Below, one piece after another: positions 24,759 to 33,454 of a stretch of DNA of 34,196 bases (the stretch's first letter is position 1; the number at the start of each line of letters is the position of its first letter). Below the pieces are notes generated by a model. The model searched no databases. It saw only the letters and a list, made by a program, of their open reading frames with translations, and was not told where the DNA came from. Source of the DNA: a virus. Taxonomy: Duplodnaviria; Caudoviricetes. The position numbers and the translations under genes were made by a program. The stretch lies in the IMG/VR virus record IMGVR_UViG_3300036815_000071, positions 1-34,196 of that record. One strand, given 5' to 3'.

Positions 24759-25174
24759 GCTTCGATCCGGTGGCGCTGAAGGCGCGTCTATCGCTCGAAG
24801 AAGGCCGCAAGCATTCGATCTATACCGACACGACAGGAAATGTGTCGGTCGGAATCGGGCGCAACCTGACCGGCGTCGGCGTGAGCGATGATGAAATCGA
24901 TTTGATGTTCGCGAACGACATCGCGCGCACGGTCGCTTTTCTTAACGCCAGTCTCCCTTGGTGGAGCACGCTTGACGACGTGCGCCAAAGCGTCATTGTC
25001 GATATGGCGTTCAACATGGGCGGCGCGCTGCTTCAGTTCCACCATATGCTCGCCGCCGTGCAAGCGTCCGATTGGAACACGGCCTACAGCGAAATGCTCA
25101 ATAGCACCTGGGCGAACCAGGTCGGCCAGCGTGCGCAGAACCTTGCGCGCATCATGCTTACAGGAGCCTTCTGA
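24755..25174 (+). CDS. Endolysin, GH24 (T4 lysozyme-like)
   Basis: E-x8-D-x5-S triad (EGRKHSIYTDTTGNVS), GIGRNL, DMAFNMG, EMLNSTWANQV..RA. Confidence 0.92.
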   Translation: MSFDPVALKARLSLEEGRKHSIYTDTTGNVSVGIGRNLTGVGVSDDEIDLMFANDIARTVAFLNASLPWWSTLDDVRQSVIVDMAFNMGGALLQFHHMLAAVQASDWNTAYSEMLNSTWANQVGQRAQNLARIMLTGAF

Positions 25175-25551
25175 TGGCACTCGATCCCGTTACCGGCGCG
25201 CTCGACCTCGCGAGCACCATCGTCAACAAGATATGGCCCGACAAGTCGCAGCAGGAACAGCAGCAGCTCGCCGCCGTGCTCGCGATGGTCCAGGGTCAGA
25301 TGGCGATTGACCAGGCCGAAGCCACGAGCACCGATCCGCTGCAACACTGGCGCGGGGGCTTGGGCTGGGTTTGCGTTATGGGCTACTTCTGGAACTTCGT
25401 GGGCGAACCGCTCACGAACGCCGTATCGCAAGCGCTCGGCCACCCACTCGCACTTCCAGGCCTCGATATTGGCCCGCTCGCCACGCTCACGCTTGGCATG
25501 CTTGGCCTTGGCGGTTTGCACGTTGCCGCGCAGATGAAAGGTGGTTCGTGA
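25174..25551 (+). CDS. Holin (3TM/GTA-type)
   Basis: KIWPD, EA.S......WR...GWVC, L.TL..GMLGLGGL motifs. Confidence 0.8.
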   Translation: MALDPVTGALDLASTIVNKIWPDKSQQEQQQLAAVLAMVQGQMAIDQAEATSTDPLQHWRGGLGWVCVMGYFWNFVGEPLTNAVSQALGHPLALPGLDIGPLATLTLGMLGLGGLHVAAQMKGGS

Positions 25552-26114
25552 ACAATCTAGTCAAAATCGCGCAGGGAATCGACACCGCGCCTTTGCTGCT
25601 CGCCATCGCGCGCCAGCCAAAGCTGTGGAACCGGCACAAGTGGCGCAAGGAAGGCTTTGAGAACAGCCCGCACGTTGGCTCTTCGGATATCTGGCTGCGT
25701 TACAACGACGAGAAGCCGTTCAAGGAATCAGGCGACTGGTCAACCTTCAACGATGCGCACGACCCGATTTTCTACCCCGAGTGGTATGCGTTGCCGCAAG
25801 CGCGGCCAATCGTTTTCGGGCTGATGGCGCGCGTGGAAGGAACCCGGCTTGGCGGTATCCTGATTACGAAGATCCCCCCAGGCGGGCGCATCCTACCGCA
25901 CGTTGACGATAGCTGGCACGTTCGGCATTACAATACGAAGTTGTATGCAGTTTTGCAGTCAAACCCTCAGTGCGTCAACCGAGTGGAAAACGAGCAAGTC
26001 GCGATGGCCCCCGGCGAGGCTTGGTACTTCGACAATACGAAAGAGCATGAAGTCGTGAACGACGGGCCAGATGACCGTATCAGTTTGATTATCTCGATCA
26101 GGTGCGAAAAGTGA
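25548..26114 (+). CDS. Aspartyl/asparaginyl beta-hydroxylase family 2OG-Fe(II) oxygenase
   Basis: ITKIPPGGRILPHVD (HxD), GEAWYFDNTKEHEVVN (distal H), DRISLI (2OG-binding R); GTGA-coupled start. Confidence 0.88.
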   Translation: MNNLVKIAQGIDTAPLLLAIARQPKLWNRHKWRKEGFENSPHVGSSDIWLRYNDEKPFKESGDWSTFNDAHDPIFYPEWYALPQARPIVFGLMARVEGTRLGGILITKIPPGGRILPHVDDSWHVRHYNTKLYAVLQSNPQCVNRVENEQVAMAPGEAWYFDNTKEHEVVNDGPDDRISLIISIRCEK

Positions 26115-26392
26115 TCAAGCACCACTTTGCCGGCGGCGTGTACGCCCGCGAACAGACGCTCGACGCTGGTCAGGAAGTTGACAAGCATGTGCACGACTAT
26201 GACCACTTATCGTTTCTGTGCAGCGGCATTGCGATAGTGGAAGTCGGCGGCGACCTGCAAACGCTGCACGCGCCTTGCGCTTTGATGGTCAAAGCGGGCG
26301 AAACGCACAAGGTGTACGCGGTGACTGACATCGTTTGGCTCTGTATCCACGCGGAAGCGGTTGCTGATCCGGAAGTTATTGTTAAGGAGTAA
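26111..26392 (+). CDS. Small cupin-fold protein
   Basis: HHFAGGVYARE, HVHDYDH, AGETHKV, WLCIH. Confidence 0.85.
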   Translation: MIKHHFAGGVYAREQTLDAGQEVDKHVHDYDHLSFLCSGIAIVEVGGDLQTLHAPCALMVKAGETHKVYAVTDIVWLCIHAEAVADPEVIVKE

Positions 26393-26395
26393 ATC

Positions 26396-27502
26396 ATGCC
26401 CTTCGCAGCGAGCGGTATAGGCGCGGCAATAGCCACTTCGGCAGCAGGCGCTGTGGCCGGCGGGTTGATATCCTCTGCCATGGCCCCCGGCACCTCAGGC
26501 GGTAGCGGAGGCGGCGGGGGGAATTACTACATACCGACCGGTCTTCAGAGTGCCGACCAGCAGTGGCAGGCGTTGCAGACCGGGAACTACAACACCTACA
26601 ACAACACAGACTTGCAGCAGTACGGCGGCCAGTCATTGAACGCCGGTATGCAGGCGTACGACAACACCGCACCCGGGTACCAGAACGCCGCGAACATGGC
26701 AGGTAGCCAATACAGCATGCTCGGCCAGCAGCTTCAAGGAGCCGCCGGCCAGCAGTTCGGCGCGCAAACGGGGCTGTTGAACGCCGGCCAGCAGCTTTAC
26801 CAGACGTCGCTCGATCCGCAGAACGCGCTTTACAACCGCACGGTGCAGCAGCTTCAGGACCAGACGGGCGCGACAAATTCGATGTACGGCCTCGGGTCCA
26901 GCGCAGCCGGCGCGGGTGTCGCGAACCAGGCGCTTGGCAACTTCAATATCGACTGGCAGAACCAGCAGTTGCAGCGCCAGGCAACTGGCTTGCAGGGCTA
27001 CGGCGCAGCGGTGGGGCAGGCGGGGCAAGCAGCCGGCCAAGGTGGGGCGCTCGGCGGCGCAGGCGCTGGCTACACGTTGCAAGGCGGGCAGACGCCGTAC
27101 ACCGCAGGTCAGACGCTGGCGGCAACACCCGGCCAGCTTGGCAACACCTACGGCCAGTATTTGAACAACAACGTGTATGGACCGGCGCAAAGCATCCAGG
27201 GGCAAGGGATTCAGTACATGAATTACGGTAACGCCGCGCAGGCTACGCCTTATAACGCGCAAGCGCAAGGCGCAGGCGCAGCAGGCGCGCTGGTGTCGCA
27301 GGGTATCAACAGCTTAGGCAGCAATCCGCAGCTTCAATCCTCGCTGGGAAATCTGTTCGGCGGTTCGCCGTCTCAGGGCTACTTTGGCAACACCGGCAGC
27401 TTTGGCGATTACAGCGGCACGGGTTACGGCGGTTTCGGATTAGGATCGGGCGCAAGTTCGGCGTACACCGGCGCAGGCAATACGTACGGATTTACAATGT
27501 AG
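26396..27502 (+). CDS. DNA ejection / pilot protein 1
   Basis: AAGGAG RBS; hydrophobic G/A N-terminus; G/Q/A/Y-rich and almost free of charged residues. Confidence 0.7.
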   Translation: MPFAASGIGAAIATSAAGAVAGGLISSAMAPGTSGGSGGGGGNYYIPTGLQSADQQWQALQTGNYNTYNNTDLQQYGGQSLNAGMQAYDNTAPGYQNAANMAGSQYSMLGQQLQGAAGQQFGAQTGLLNAGQQLYQTSLDPQNALYNRTVQQLQDQTGATNSMYGLGSSAAGAGVANQALGNFNIDWQNQQLQRQATGLQGYGAAVGQAGQAAGQGGALGGAGAGYTLQGGQTPYTAGQTLAATPGQLGNTYGQYLNNNVYGPAQSIQGQGIQYMNYGNAAQATPYNAQAQGAGAAGALVSQGINSLGSNPQLQSSLGNLFGGSPSQGYFGNTGSFGDYSGTGYGGFGLGSGASSAYTGAGNTYGFTM

Positions 27503-27517
27503 TTTTTAGGAGGCGGC

Positions 27518-29065
27518 ATGGCTGGATTCAACGTAAGCGGGCTTCCCGCCTTCATTCAGTACCAGGGGCAGCTGCAGCAACAGCAGCAGGCACAACAAGA
27601 ACAGCAGATGCGCCTGCAAGCGTGGCAGCAATCGCAGCAGGACCGCCAGCGTCAGCAAGCCGCGCAAGCGGCGGCCGGCAACGCTTTGCCGCAACTTCTG
27701 CAAGGCGGCATGCCGGCGCAGCAGCCTCAAGGGCAAATGCCGCCCCCTCCGCAGCCGCCGGCACCCGGCCAAGCGTCGCAGCCGATGCCGCAACCCGGCA
27801 TGCCAATGCCTGGTCACGGTACGCCGCCGGGGCAAGCGCAAGTGAATCAGCCGCCCTTGCCGCAGGGACAACCGCAGCATCCCCCACCGTTTCGGCCGAT
27901 GCCGACTAGCCCGCCGCCTCAGCAAGCCGCGCCGCAAGGCATTCCCGCGCCTCCGCAGCAACCGCAAATGCCTCAGCAGCAAGGACCGGGCGGTCCTCTC
28001 ACAATGCAAAGCGCCATTAAGGTCTTGCAGGATCAAGGCTTGTCCGGCGCGGACCTGATGGCGGGCTTGCAGCAGCTTACGCCGTTGCTCGACAGCCAAG
28101 CGAAGCAGCAATCCGCGCAATTGCAAATGCAGTTCAACAACGAACTGAAGTTGCAAGCGGTTTCCGACCGGCACGACCAGTTGGCAGAGCGCGTGCGTGA
28201 AGCTGATCAACGCGCGCAGGACCGGCAAGCATCTTTGGAAGACAGGCAGCAAGCCCGCGCAGAATCGAACGCACTGCGCGGCGAGACAATCGCGCTTCGC
28301 AAACAGACACTCGCACTTAGCAATGGCGACGATGCCAAGTTCTCGCCGGATGACCTGACCTTCTTGGCGCAGCAAGCTCGCCAAGGGGACACGTCCGTGT
28401 ATCAAAACCTTGGGCGCGGTGCGCAGGGCGCAAAGAACATCATCGCGTTGCGGCGCGAAGTAATGAAGCAGGAACGCGAAGCCGGCGGTACAGGGGCTGA
28501 CATCGCAGCGGCAAATGTCAGCTTCCAGGGGGAGAAGGCGGCGGCGCGCACGGGCGCGACGAAGGCCACGAACGTTGGCATGGCGGTCACTGAAGCGCAG
28601 CAAACTTTCCCCTTGGTGCGCCAAGCGTCGGCCGCACTGCCGCGCACGGAGTTCCCCGGTGTCAACCGTGCGTTGCAAGCTGCGCAAACCGGCACGGGCG
28701 ACCCGCGCGTGATCGCGCTCGGCACGGCGCTGAACACTTCTGTGAACGCCTACGCCCGCGCTATCAGTCCTTCAGGCACGCCGACTGTATCCGACAAGGA
28801 ACATGCACGCGAACTGCTGAATACGGCCAGTACGCCGGAACAGTTGAACGCCGTGCTTGGCATGATGGAAAAGGAAATGGCGGCGGCTTCCAAAGCGCCT
28901 ACCGAAGTGATGAACCGCCAGAAGGCGCGTGTCTCAGGGCGTGAAGCCCCCTCGGCCTCGGATACCGGCGCACCCGTGCGCATCTCGTCGGATTCGGAAT
29001 ACAACGCTTTGCCATCAGGTGCTGAATTCACCGCGCCCGATGGCTCGCATCGGAGAAAACCGTAA
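27518..29065 (+). CDS. DNA ejection protein 2 with Gln/Pro-rich N-terminus
   Basis: AGGAGG RBS; poly-Q/P tract then helical region; ends Y.ALPSGA.F.APDGS.R.KP. Confidence 0.7.
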   Translation: MAGFNVSGLPAFIQYQGQLQQQQQAQQEQQMRLQAWQQSQQDRQRQQAAQAAAGNALPQLLQGGMPAQQPQGQMPPPPQPPAPGQASQPMPQPGMPMPGHGTPPGQAQVNQPPLPQGQPQHPPPFRPMPTSPPPQQAAPQGIPAPPQQPQMPQQQGPGGPLTMQSAIKVLQDQGLSGADLMAGLQQLTPLLDSQAKQQSAQLQMQFNNELKLQAVSDRHDQLAERVREADQRAQDRQASLEDRQQARAESNALRGETIALRKQTLALSNGDDAKFSPDDLTFLAQQARQGDTSVYQNLGRGAQGAKNIIALRREVMKQEREAGGTGADIAAANVSFQGEKAAARTGATKATNVGMAVTEAQQTFPLVRQASAALPRTEFPGVNRALQAAQTGTGDPRVIALGTALNTSVNAYARAISPSGTPTVSDKEHARELLNTASTPEQLNAVLGMMEKEMAAASKAPTEVMNRQKARVSGREAPSASDTGAPVRISSDSEYNALPSGAEFTAPDGSHRRKP

Positions 29066-31128
29066 TGGCAGGCTGGCAAGACGCCCCCTTGGTTACCCCT
29101 GGCGGCGGTAAAGCCGCTTGGGAAAGTGCGCCGGTCGTCAACGCCTCCGCGCCACCGGCAGGGAAACCGCCTGAGCAACCTCCGCAGAACATGGCGGCAT
29201 TCGTCGGCGGCAACCTGTCTAAAGGCGTGGCCGATGTCGCGGGCTTGCCTGTCGATCTCGCCAGTTCGGCTATCGAAGGCGTTAAAGGCTTGGCGAACCT
29301 TGGCGGCGCGAAGCTGAAGGCAGAACAAGCCCCTGTTGGTGGTTCGGAATGGATCAAACAGAAGTTGTCGCAAATCGGCTCGATTGGTCCTAGCGCGGAA
29401 CCGCGCACAGCGGGCCAACGCATCGTTGCCGCAGGCTTAGAGGCCGCGCCTTCGGCAGTCCTGCCAGGGGGCGGAGCGAAGGCCCTGCCGCGCATCGGTG
29501 CAGCAATGGGCGGCGGCGTAGGCGGCGAAGTCGGGCGGCAAATCGGCGGCGTACCGGGGCAAATCGCAGGATCGCTGGTCGGCGGCGGGCTTGGGGGCAT
29601 GGCGGGTGCGGAGCGCGGCATTGCTAAACCCCCGTCTGAAGCCGCACGCGCGTCGCAGGCGTCAGGTATTCCGCTCACTATCGGGCAGGAGACGGGCAGC
29701 AAGGCGATTATCTCGGTCGAAAACCGGTTGCGTGAATTGTTCCCCTCCAAGGGTACGGCGCACGCCGATGAACTCAAACAGGTCACTGCCGGCGCGAATC
29801 GCGTCACCGAACTGGCGGACCGCCTCAGCGCACCGCAAGGCATACCGGGCGAACTGCTAGAAACGAACATCGGTGAAAAACTTCGGTTCGCGTACCAAAA
29901 TACTGTCAAGAAAATTGATACGCTGCGCGACGCTAACGCAACGCGCGATTACGGTGAAGTGCGCAAGCTGGCCGGCGACAAGCCCGTGATCGGTTATCAG
30001 AACACGATGGACACGCTCGACAAGATCATCGCCGAAAACACTAATGTGCCTTCTGCCGACGCCAAGAAAGTCGCCGCGCAAGCCGAAAGCATCAAGAAGG
30101 CGTTGACCGTGACGACACCGGGCGCGCCGGGTAAGCCCGCTTCTACCATCTTGGGGCCGTCCGGTGCGCCCGCTACGGCGGCTATTCCTGCCGCGCCCGC
30201 GACGACCGGTGTAGCCACCCACACGATAAACGACGCGATGAAAACCCGCTCGGCGTGGGGAAGAGCCGCGCGCCGCAGCGGAAACATCTTCTCTGATATC
30301 GACCCGACCGCAAACCAGATGCTCGCCAAGCGATTGTTCGGCGCGATCAACAAAGATTTTGAGTCCGCGAGCACGGCGCAGACACCCGTAGCGCAAGCAC
30401 TAAAAGCCGCGAACCAGAACTACGCTAAGGCGTCGCAATCGCTCACGTTCATTGAGAAGTCGGCGCTTGGCAAACTACTAGGTGAAGACGTGGCCGATGC
30501 CGCATTCACGGGCGTGCAAGGATCGAGCAAAGCGCCCGAAGCCATCGCGAAAAAGTACTTGTCGATGACGCCTAGTCAAGCGAAATCGGTTACCGCCATT
30601 CTGCAATTGCACCAACCTGAAGTGCTTCAAGACGCCAAGGCGTTCGTGCTGCGCAACGGTTTGGAAGCAGCGAAGAACAACGCCCCTGGTGCGGCCCCTA
30701 TCTCGTTCGCCAAGTTCCGCAAAGAGATGGACCGCGTACAGCCTAAGTTGGCGCAAATGGGCTTCTCGAAGAAAGACATAGCCGATATCAAGGACGTTAC
30801 TGACACGATGGCGCGTGCGGGCGACCGCGCCGGTATGAACCCGTCGGGTACGGCGGCAGCGGGCCATATGTTGGGCACGGCCGGTATCGCCTTCACTCAC
30901 CCGATGGCGGCTGCTGCTTCAGTGCTCACGCCTTACATAGCTTCGAAGGCATTGCTTACGAGCAAAGGCCGCGATCTGTTGCGCGCGGCTGTCGACTCGA
31001 AGAACGGCAAAGCGCAAGCGGCGGCAATCGGTGCACTGCGTTCGGCCTTTCAAGAGCCGTCTAAGCAGAGTGATGGTGGTGCTCAGCCCCCGCCAGGAGG
31101 AGCGCAACTAGCATCACCCCCTCAATGA
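29065..31128 (+). CDS. DNA ejection protein 3 (P22 gp16-like position)
   Basis: WQDAP/WESAP N-terminal repeats, Gly-rich hydrophobic stretch, GIPLTIGQ.TG, NPSGTA near the C-terminus. Confidence 0.72.
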   Translation: MAGWQDAPLVTPGGGKAAWESAPVVNASAPPAGKPPEQPPQNMAAFVGGNLSKGVADVAGLPVDLASSAIEGVKGLANLGGAKLKAEQAPVGGSEWIKQKLSQIGSIGPSAEPRTAGQRIVAAGLEAAPSAVLPGGGAKALPRIGAAMGGGVGGEVGRQIGGVPGQIAGSLVGGGLGGMAGAERGIAKPPSEAARASQASGIPLTIGQETGSKAIISVENRLRELFPSKGTAHADELKQVTAGANRVTELADRLSAPQGIPGELLETNIGEKLRFAYQNTVKKIDTLRDANATRDYGEVRKLAGDKPVIGYQNTMDTLDKIIAENTNVPSADAKKVAAQAESIKKALTVTTPGAPGKPASTILGPSGAPATAAIPAAPATTGVATHTINDAMKTRSAWGRAARRSGNIFSDIDPTANQMLAKRLFGAINKDFESASTAQTPVAQALKAANQNYAKASQSLTFIEKSALGKLLGEDVADAAFTGVQGSSKAPEAIAKKYLSMTPSQAKSVTAILQLHQPEVLQDAKAFVLRNGLEAAKNNAPGAAPISFAKFRKEMDRVQPKLAQMGFSKKDIADIKDVTDTMARAGDRAGMNPSGTAAAGHMLGTAGIAFTHPMAAAASVLTPYIASKALLTSKGRDLLRAAVDSKNGKAQAAAIGALRSAFQEPSKQSDGGAQPPPGGAQLASPPQ

Positions 31129-31149
31129 AATTGAAAGCCATGTCAGGAG

Positions 31150-31392
31150 TTAGCATTCGTAACCCCGCGCGCGGCACTGCTGGCGATTGCTTTCGATTTG
31201 CTGCTGAATCATTTGCTGGCGCATGATACGGGTTTGTTCCTGCATCTCCGCTATTTGCTGCTGTTGGTACTGGCGTTGCTGTTCTTCTTGCGGGTTCGTG
31301 GAGTAGCCGACATACGCAGGAAGGCCGGCAACACCCCACGCATTAGCGACAAGCGGCATCGAAGCGACGAGTAAAGCGAAAATGAGTTTCAC
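31150..31392 (-). CDS. Small exported Gln-rich protein (moron)
   Basis: GGAG RBS then GTG; MKLIFALLVASMPLVANA signal peptide; own promoter; antisense to the late operon. Confidence 0.75.
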   Translation of the reverse strand: MKLIFALLVASMPLVANAWGVAGLPAYVGYSTNPQEEQQRQYQQQQIAEMQEQTRIMRQQMIQQQIESNRQQCRARGYEC

Positions 31393-31415
31393 GGTGATCT
31401 CCCAGGTTGTTACGA

Positions 31416-31446
31416 CCACTATAGCAAATGCAAAATGAAAATACTA
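31416..31446 (-). promoter_or_regulatory. Leftward promoter, second exact copy of the 25-bp repeat
   Basis: Extended -10 TGCTATAGT on the minus strand; 31416-31440 is identical to 8203-8227. Confidence 0.7.
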
Positions 31447-32778
31447 GTAATTGATGTCGGCTCAAACGCTTTGGACCTGTGCATGCGCTGGCAACAGCAA
31501 GGGCATGAAGTGCGCTGGTATGACAAACCCCGTCCGGACGGTACCGATCGGCACGCGGGCGAAGGCATCATCACCAAGATTACCGATTTCAGCGACTTGC
31601 GCAAGAAGTGGATAGGCTGGGCTGACCTGATCTACACGCCAGACAACGTGTCGTATCTCGACCTGCTAGAGCCGTACCGCAAGATCGGCTACCCAATCTT
31701 CGGCTGCAATCTCGAAGCCGTTGAGTGGGAACTAGACCGGGAAGTCGGGCAAAAGATCATGGACGATTGCGGTATGCCATGCATACCCGGCAAGACGTTT
31801 CATGACTACAACTCAGCCATTGCTTATGTCAAGAAGCAGGGTAAGGCGTTCGTCTCCAAGCCTTCCGGTGACGGTGAACGCGCAATGTCCTACGTCGCTA
31901 ACAGCGCAGCCGATCTCGTCTACATGCTCCAGCGCTGGAATAAAATCCCGAAGTATGTTCAAGCTGCCCGTGAAATGGGCTTCATTCTGCAAGAAAAGAT
32001 TGACGGTATGGAAATGGCCGTTGGCGGTTGGTTCGGACCGGCTGGCTGGTCGAAAGCGGGATGGGTCGAGAACTTCGAGAACAAGAAGCTCATGAACGGA
32101 GACCTGGGCGTAAATACTGGGGAAATGGGCACGACCGTTCGTGTCGTTAAAAAGTCGAAACTCGCGGACCAAGTTCTTAAGCCGGCGACTGAAGCCCTCC
32201 ACAGGGTCGGTTACGTCGGATACGTCGATGTGAACTGCATGATAACGCACGATGGAGCTCCTTATCCGCTTGAGTGGACGATGCGCGACGGATGGCCGAT
32301 CCGCCACAACCTAACCGCACTGATCGAAGGCGACCAGGCGCAGTGGATGCTTGATTGGGTGAATGGTAAGGACACCCTGAAAATAAAACAGGATACCGTG
32401 TGCATCTCGGTCCTGATGGCGCTTCCCGACTTCCCGTACTCGAAGATCACGAACAAAGAACTGTGCGGAATCCCGATCTATAATGCGGAAGATATCGACC
32501 ATCTGCACTGGTCGGAAGTCATGATCGGCGACGCGCCGCGCGAAATAAACGGGAAAGTAGTTGACCTACCCGGCCCGGTGACGGCGGGGGACTACGTTCT
32601 AATAGCGACAGGTACAGGCGAGACGATAACAGGCGCTCGCCGCAGCGCGTACAGTGCATTGAAGAAAGTGAAGATACCGAATTCACCGTTTTACAGAACG
32701 GACATAGGAGCCGGTAGGTTGAAGAAACAGCTTCCCGATCTTCAACGTTTGGGTTATGCGATTGGTCTTTCATATTAG
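31435..32778 (+). CDS. PurD (GAR synthetase)-like ATP-grasp amide ligase
   Basis: MKILVID, PIFG......WELDR..GQ.IM, FVSKP, ILQEKIDGMEM, E.KKLMNGDLGVNTGEMG, GYVGY, LEWTMR.GWP. Confidence 0.85.
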   Translation: MKILVIDVGSNALDLCMRWQQQGHEVRWYDKPRPDGTDRHAGEGIITKITDFSDLRKKWIGWADLIYTPDNVSYLDLLEPYRKIGYPIFGCNLEAVEWELDREVGQKIMDDCGMPCIPGKTFHDYNSAIAYVKKQGKAFVSKPSGDGERAMSYVANSAADLVYMLQRWNKIPKYVQAAREMGFILQEKIDGMEMAVGGWFGPAGWSKAGWVENFENKKLMNGDLGVNTGEMGTTVRVVKKSKLADQVLKPATEALHRVGYVGYVDVNCMITHDGAPYPLEWTMRDGWPIRHNLTALIEGDQAQWMLDWVNGKDTLKIKQDTVCISVLMALPDFPYSKITNKELCGIPIYNAEDIDHLHWSEVMIGDAPREINGKVVDLPGPVTAGDYVLIATGTGETITGARRSAYSALKKVKIPNSPFYRTDIGAGRLKKQLPDLQRLGYAIGLSY

Positions 32779-32786
32779 GAGTCATC

Positions 32787-32924
32787 ATGCCGCTCAAGAA
32801 AGGTAAGTCGAAAGAAGCCGTGAAGTCGAACATCAAAACCGAAATGAAAGCCGGCAAGCCGCAAAAGCAAGCCGTGGCGATTGCGCTCAACCAAAAGCGG
32901 CACTCTACGCCGAAACGCAAATGA
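32787..32924 (+). CDS. 45-aa basic protein MPLKKGKSKEAVKSNIKTEMKAGKPQKQAVAIAL...
   Basis: AGGAG RBS; hand translation; recognisable small phage protein pattern; ATGA-coupled to the next gene. Confidence 0.85.
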   Translation: MPLKKGKSKEAVKSNIKTEMKAGKPQKQAVAIALNQKRHSTPKRK

Positions 32925-33454
32925 CAGGCGAATCACGGCAAGCCGGACTGGTTTCCGAAGCTTCGATCAAAGCCGCGTTGACCGAAGCGAAGGGAGACCT
33001 GTTTCTAGCCGCCTGCGCGCTCGGCTGCACCGCTCGCGAGGTCGATCAGTACATTCGTCGCTCCACATCCCTTCAGGCTTTTGCCGGGGCTGTCGAGACC
33101 GTCAAAACCGATCCAGCTTATTCGCGGCTCAGTACAGAGCAATTCGAGAACCATGTCGCGGACCTCATGCGGGCTTTCCGCGTAGACGGTATCAACGAAG
33201 TCCATAAGCTTGCCACGATGGCATTCGGCGACAGCGCCGCTCTCGCCAAAGTCAAACTGGATGCGGCACTTGCACTTACCGGAAGCACTAGCGCGCGCAC
33301 AGGCAATAGCGAGGTGGAGGGTGCCCTCGCGGAACTCAACGCTCTTTATCATGCCAATGCTCCTAGAATCAAAGAGATTCGTCAGACGGTGATAACGCTT
33401 CGAGATGATCGGGAAGCGACTCCACTAACAATCGAACATCGCTCAAATTCTTAA
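32921..33454 (+). CDS. HTH protein, candidate terminase small subunit
   Basis: IKAALTEAKGDLFLAACALGCT (Fis-like HTH) followed by helical oligomerisation-like segments. The gene is well supported, the function is inferred. Confidence 0.55.
   Translation: MTGESRQAGLVSEASIKAALTEAKGDLFLAACALGCTAREVDQYIRRSTSLQAFAGAVETVKTDPAYSRLSTEQFENHVADLMRAFRVDGINEVHKLATMAFGDSAALAKVKLDAALALTGSTSARTGNSEVEGALAELNALYHANAPRIKEIRQTVITLRDDREATPLTIEHRSNS

Noticed and set aside
27560-27990. CAG/CCG-rich low-complexity DNA as a separate repeat element
   Set aside because: Fully explained by the Gln/Pro-rich coding region of the ejection protein.
31435-32778. Calling the gene purD, an auxiliary purine metabolism gene
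   Set aside because: Substrate-binding motifs have diverged and the context is structural, so the symbol is withheld.
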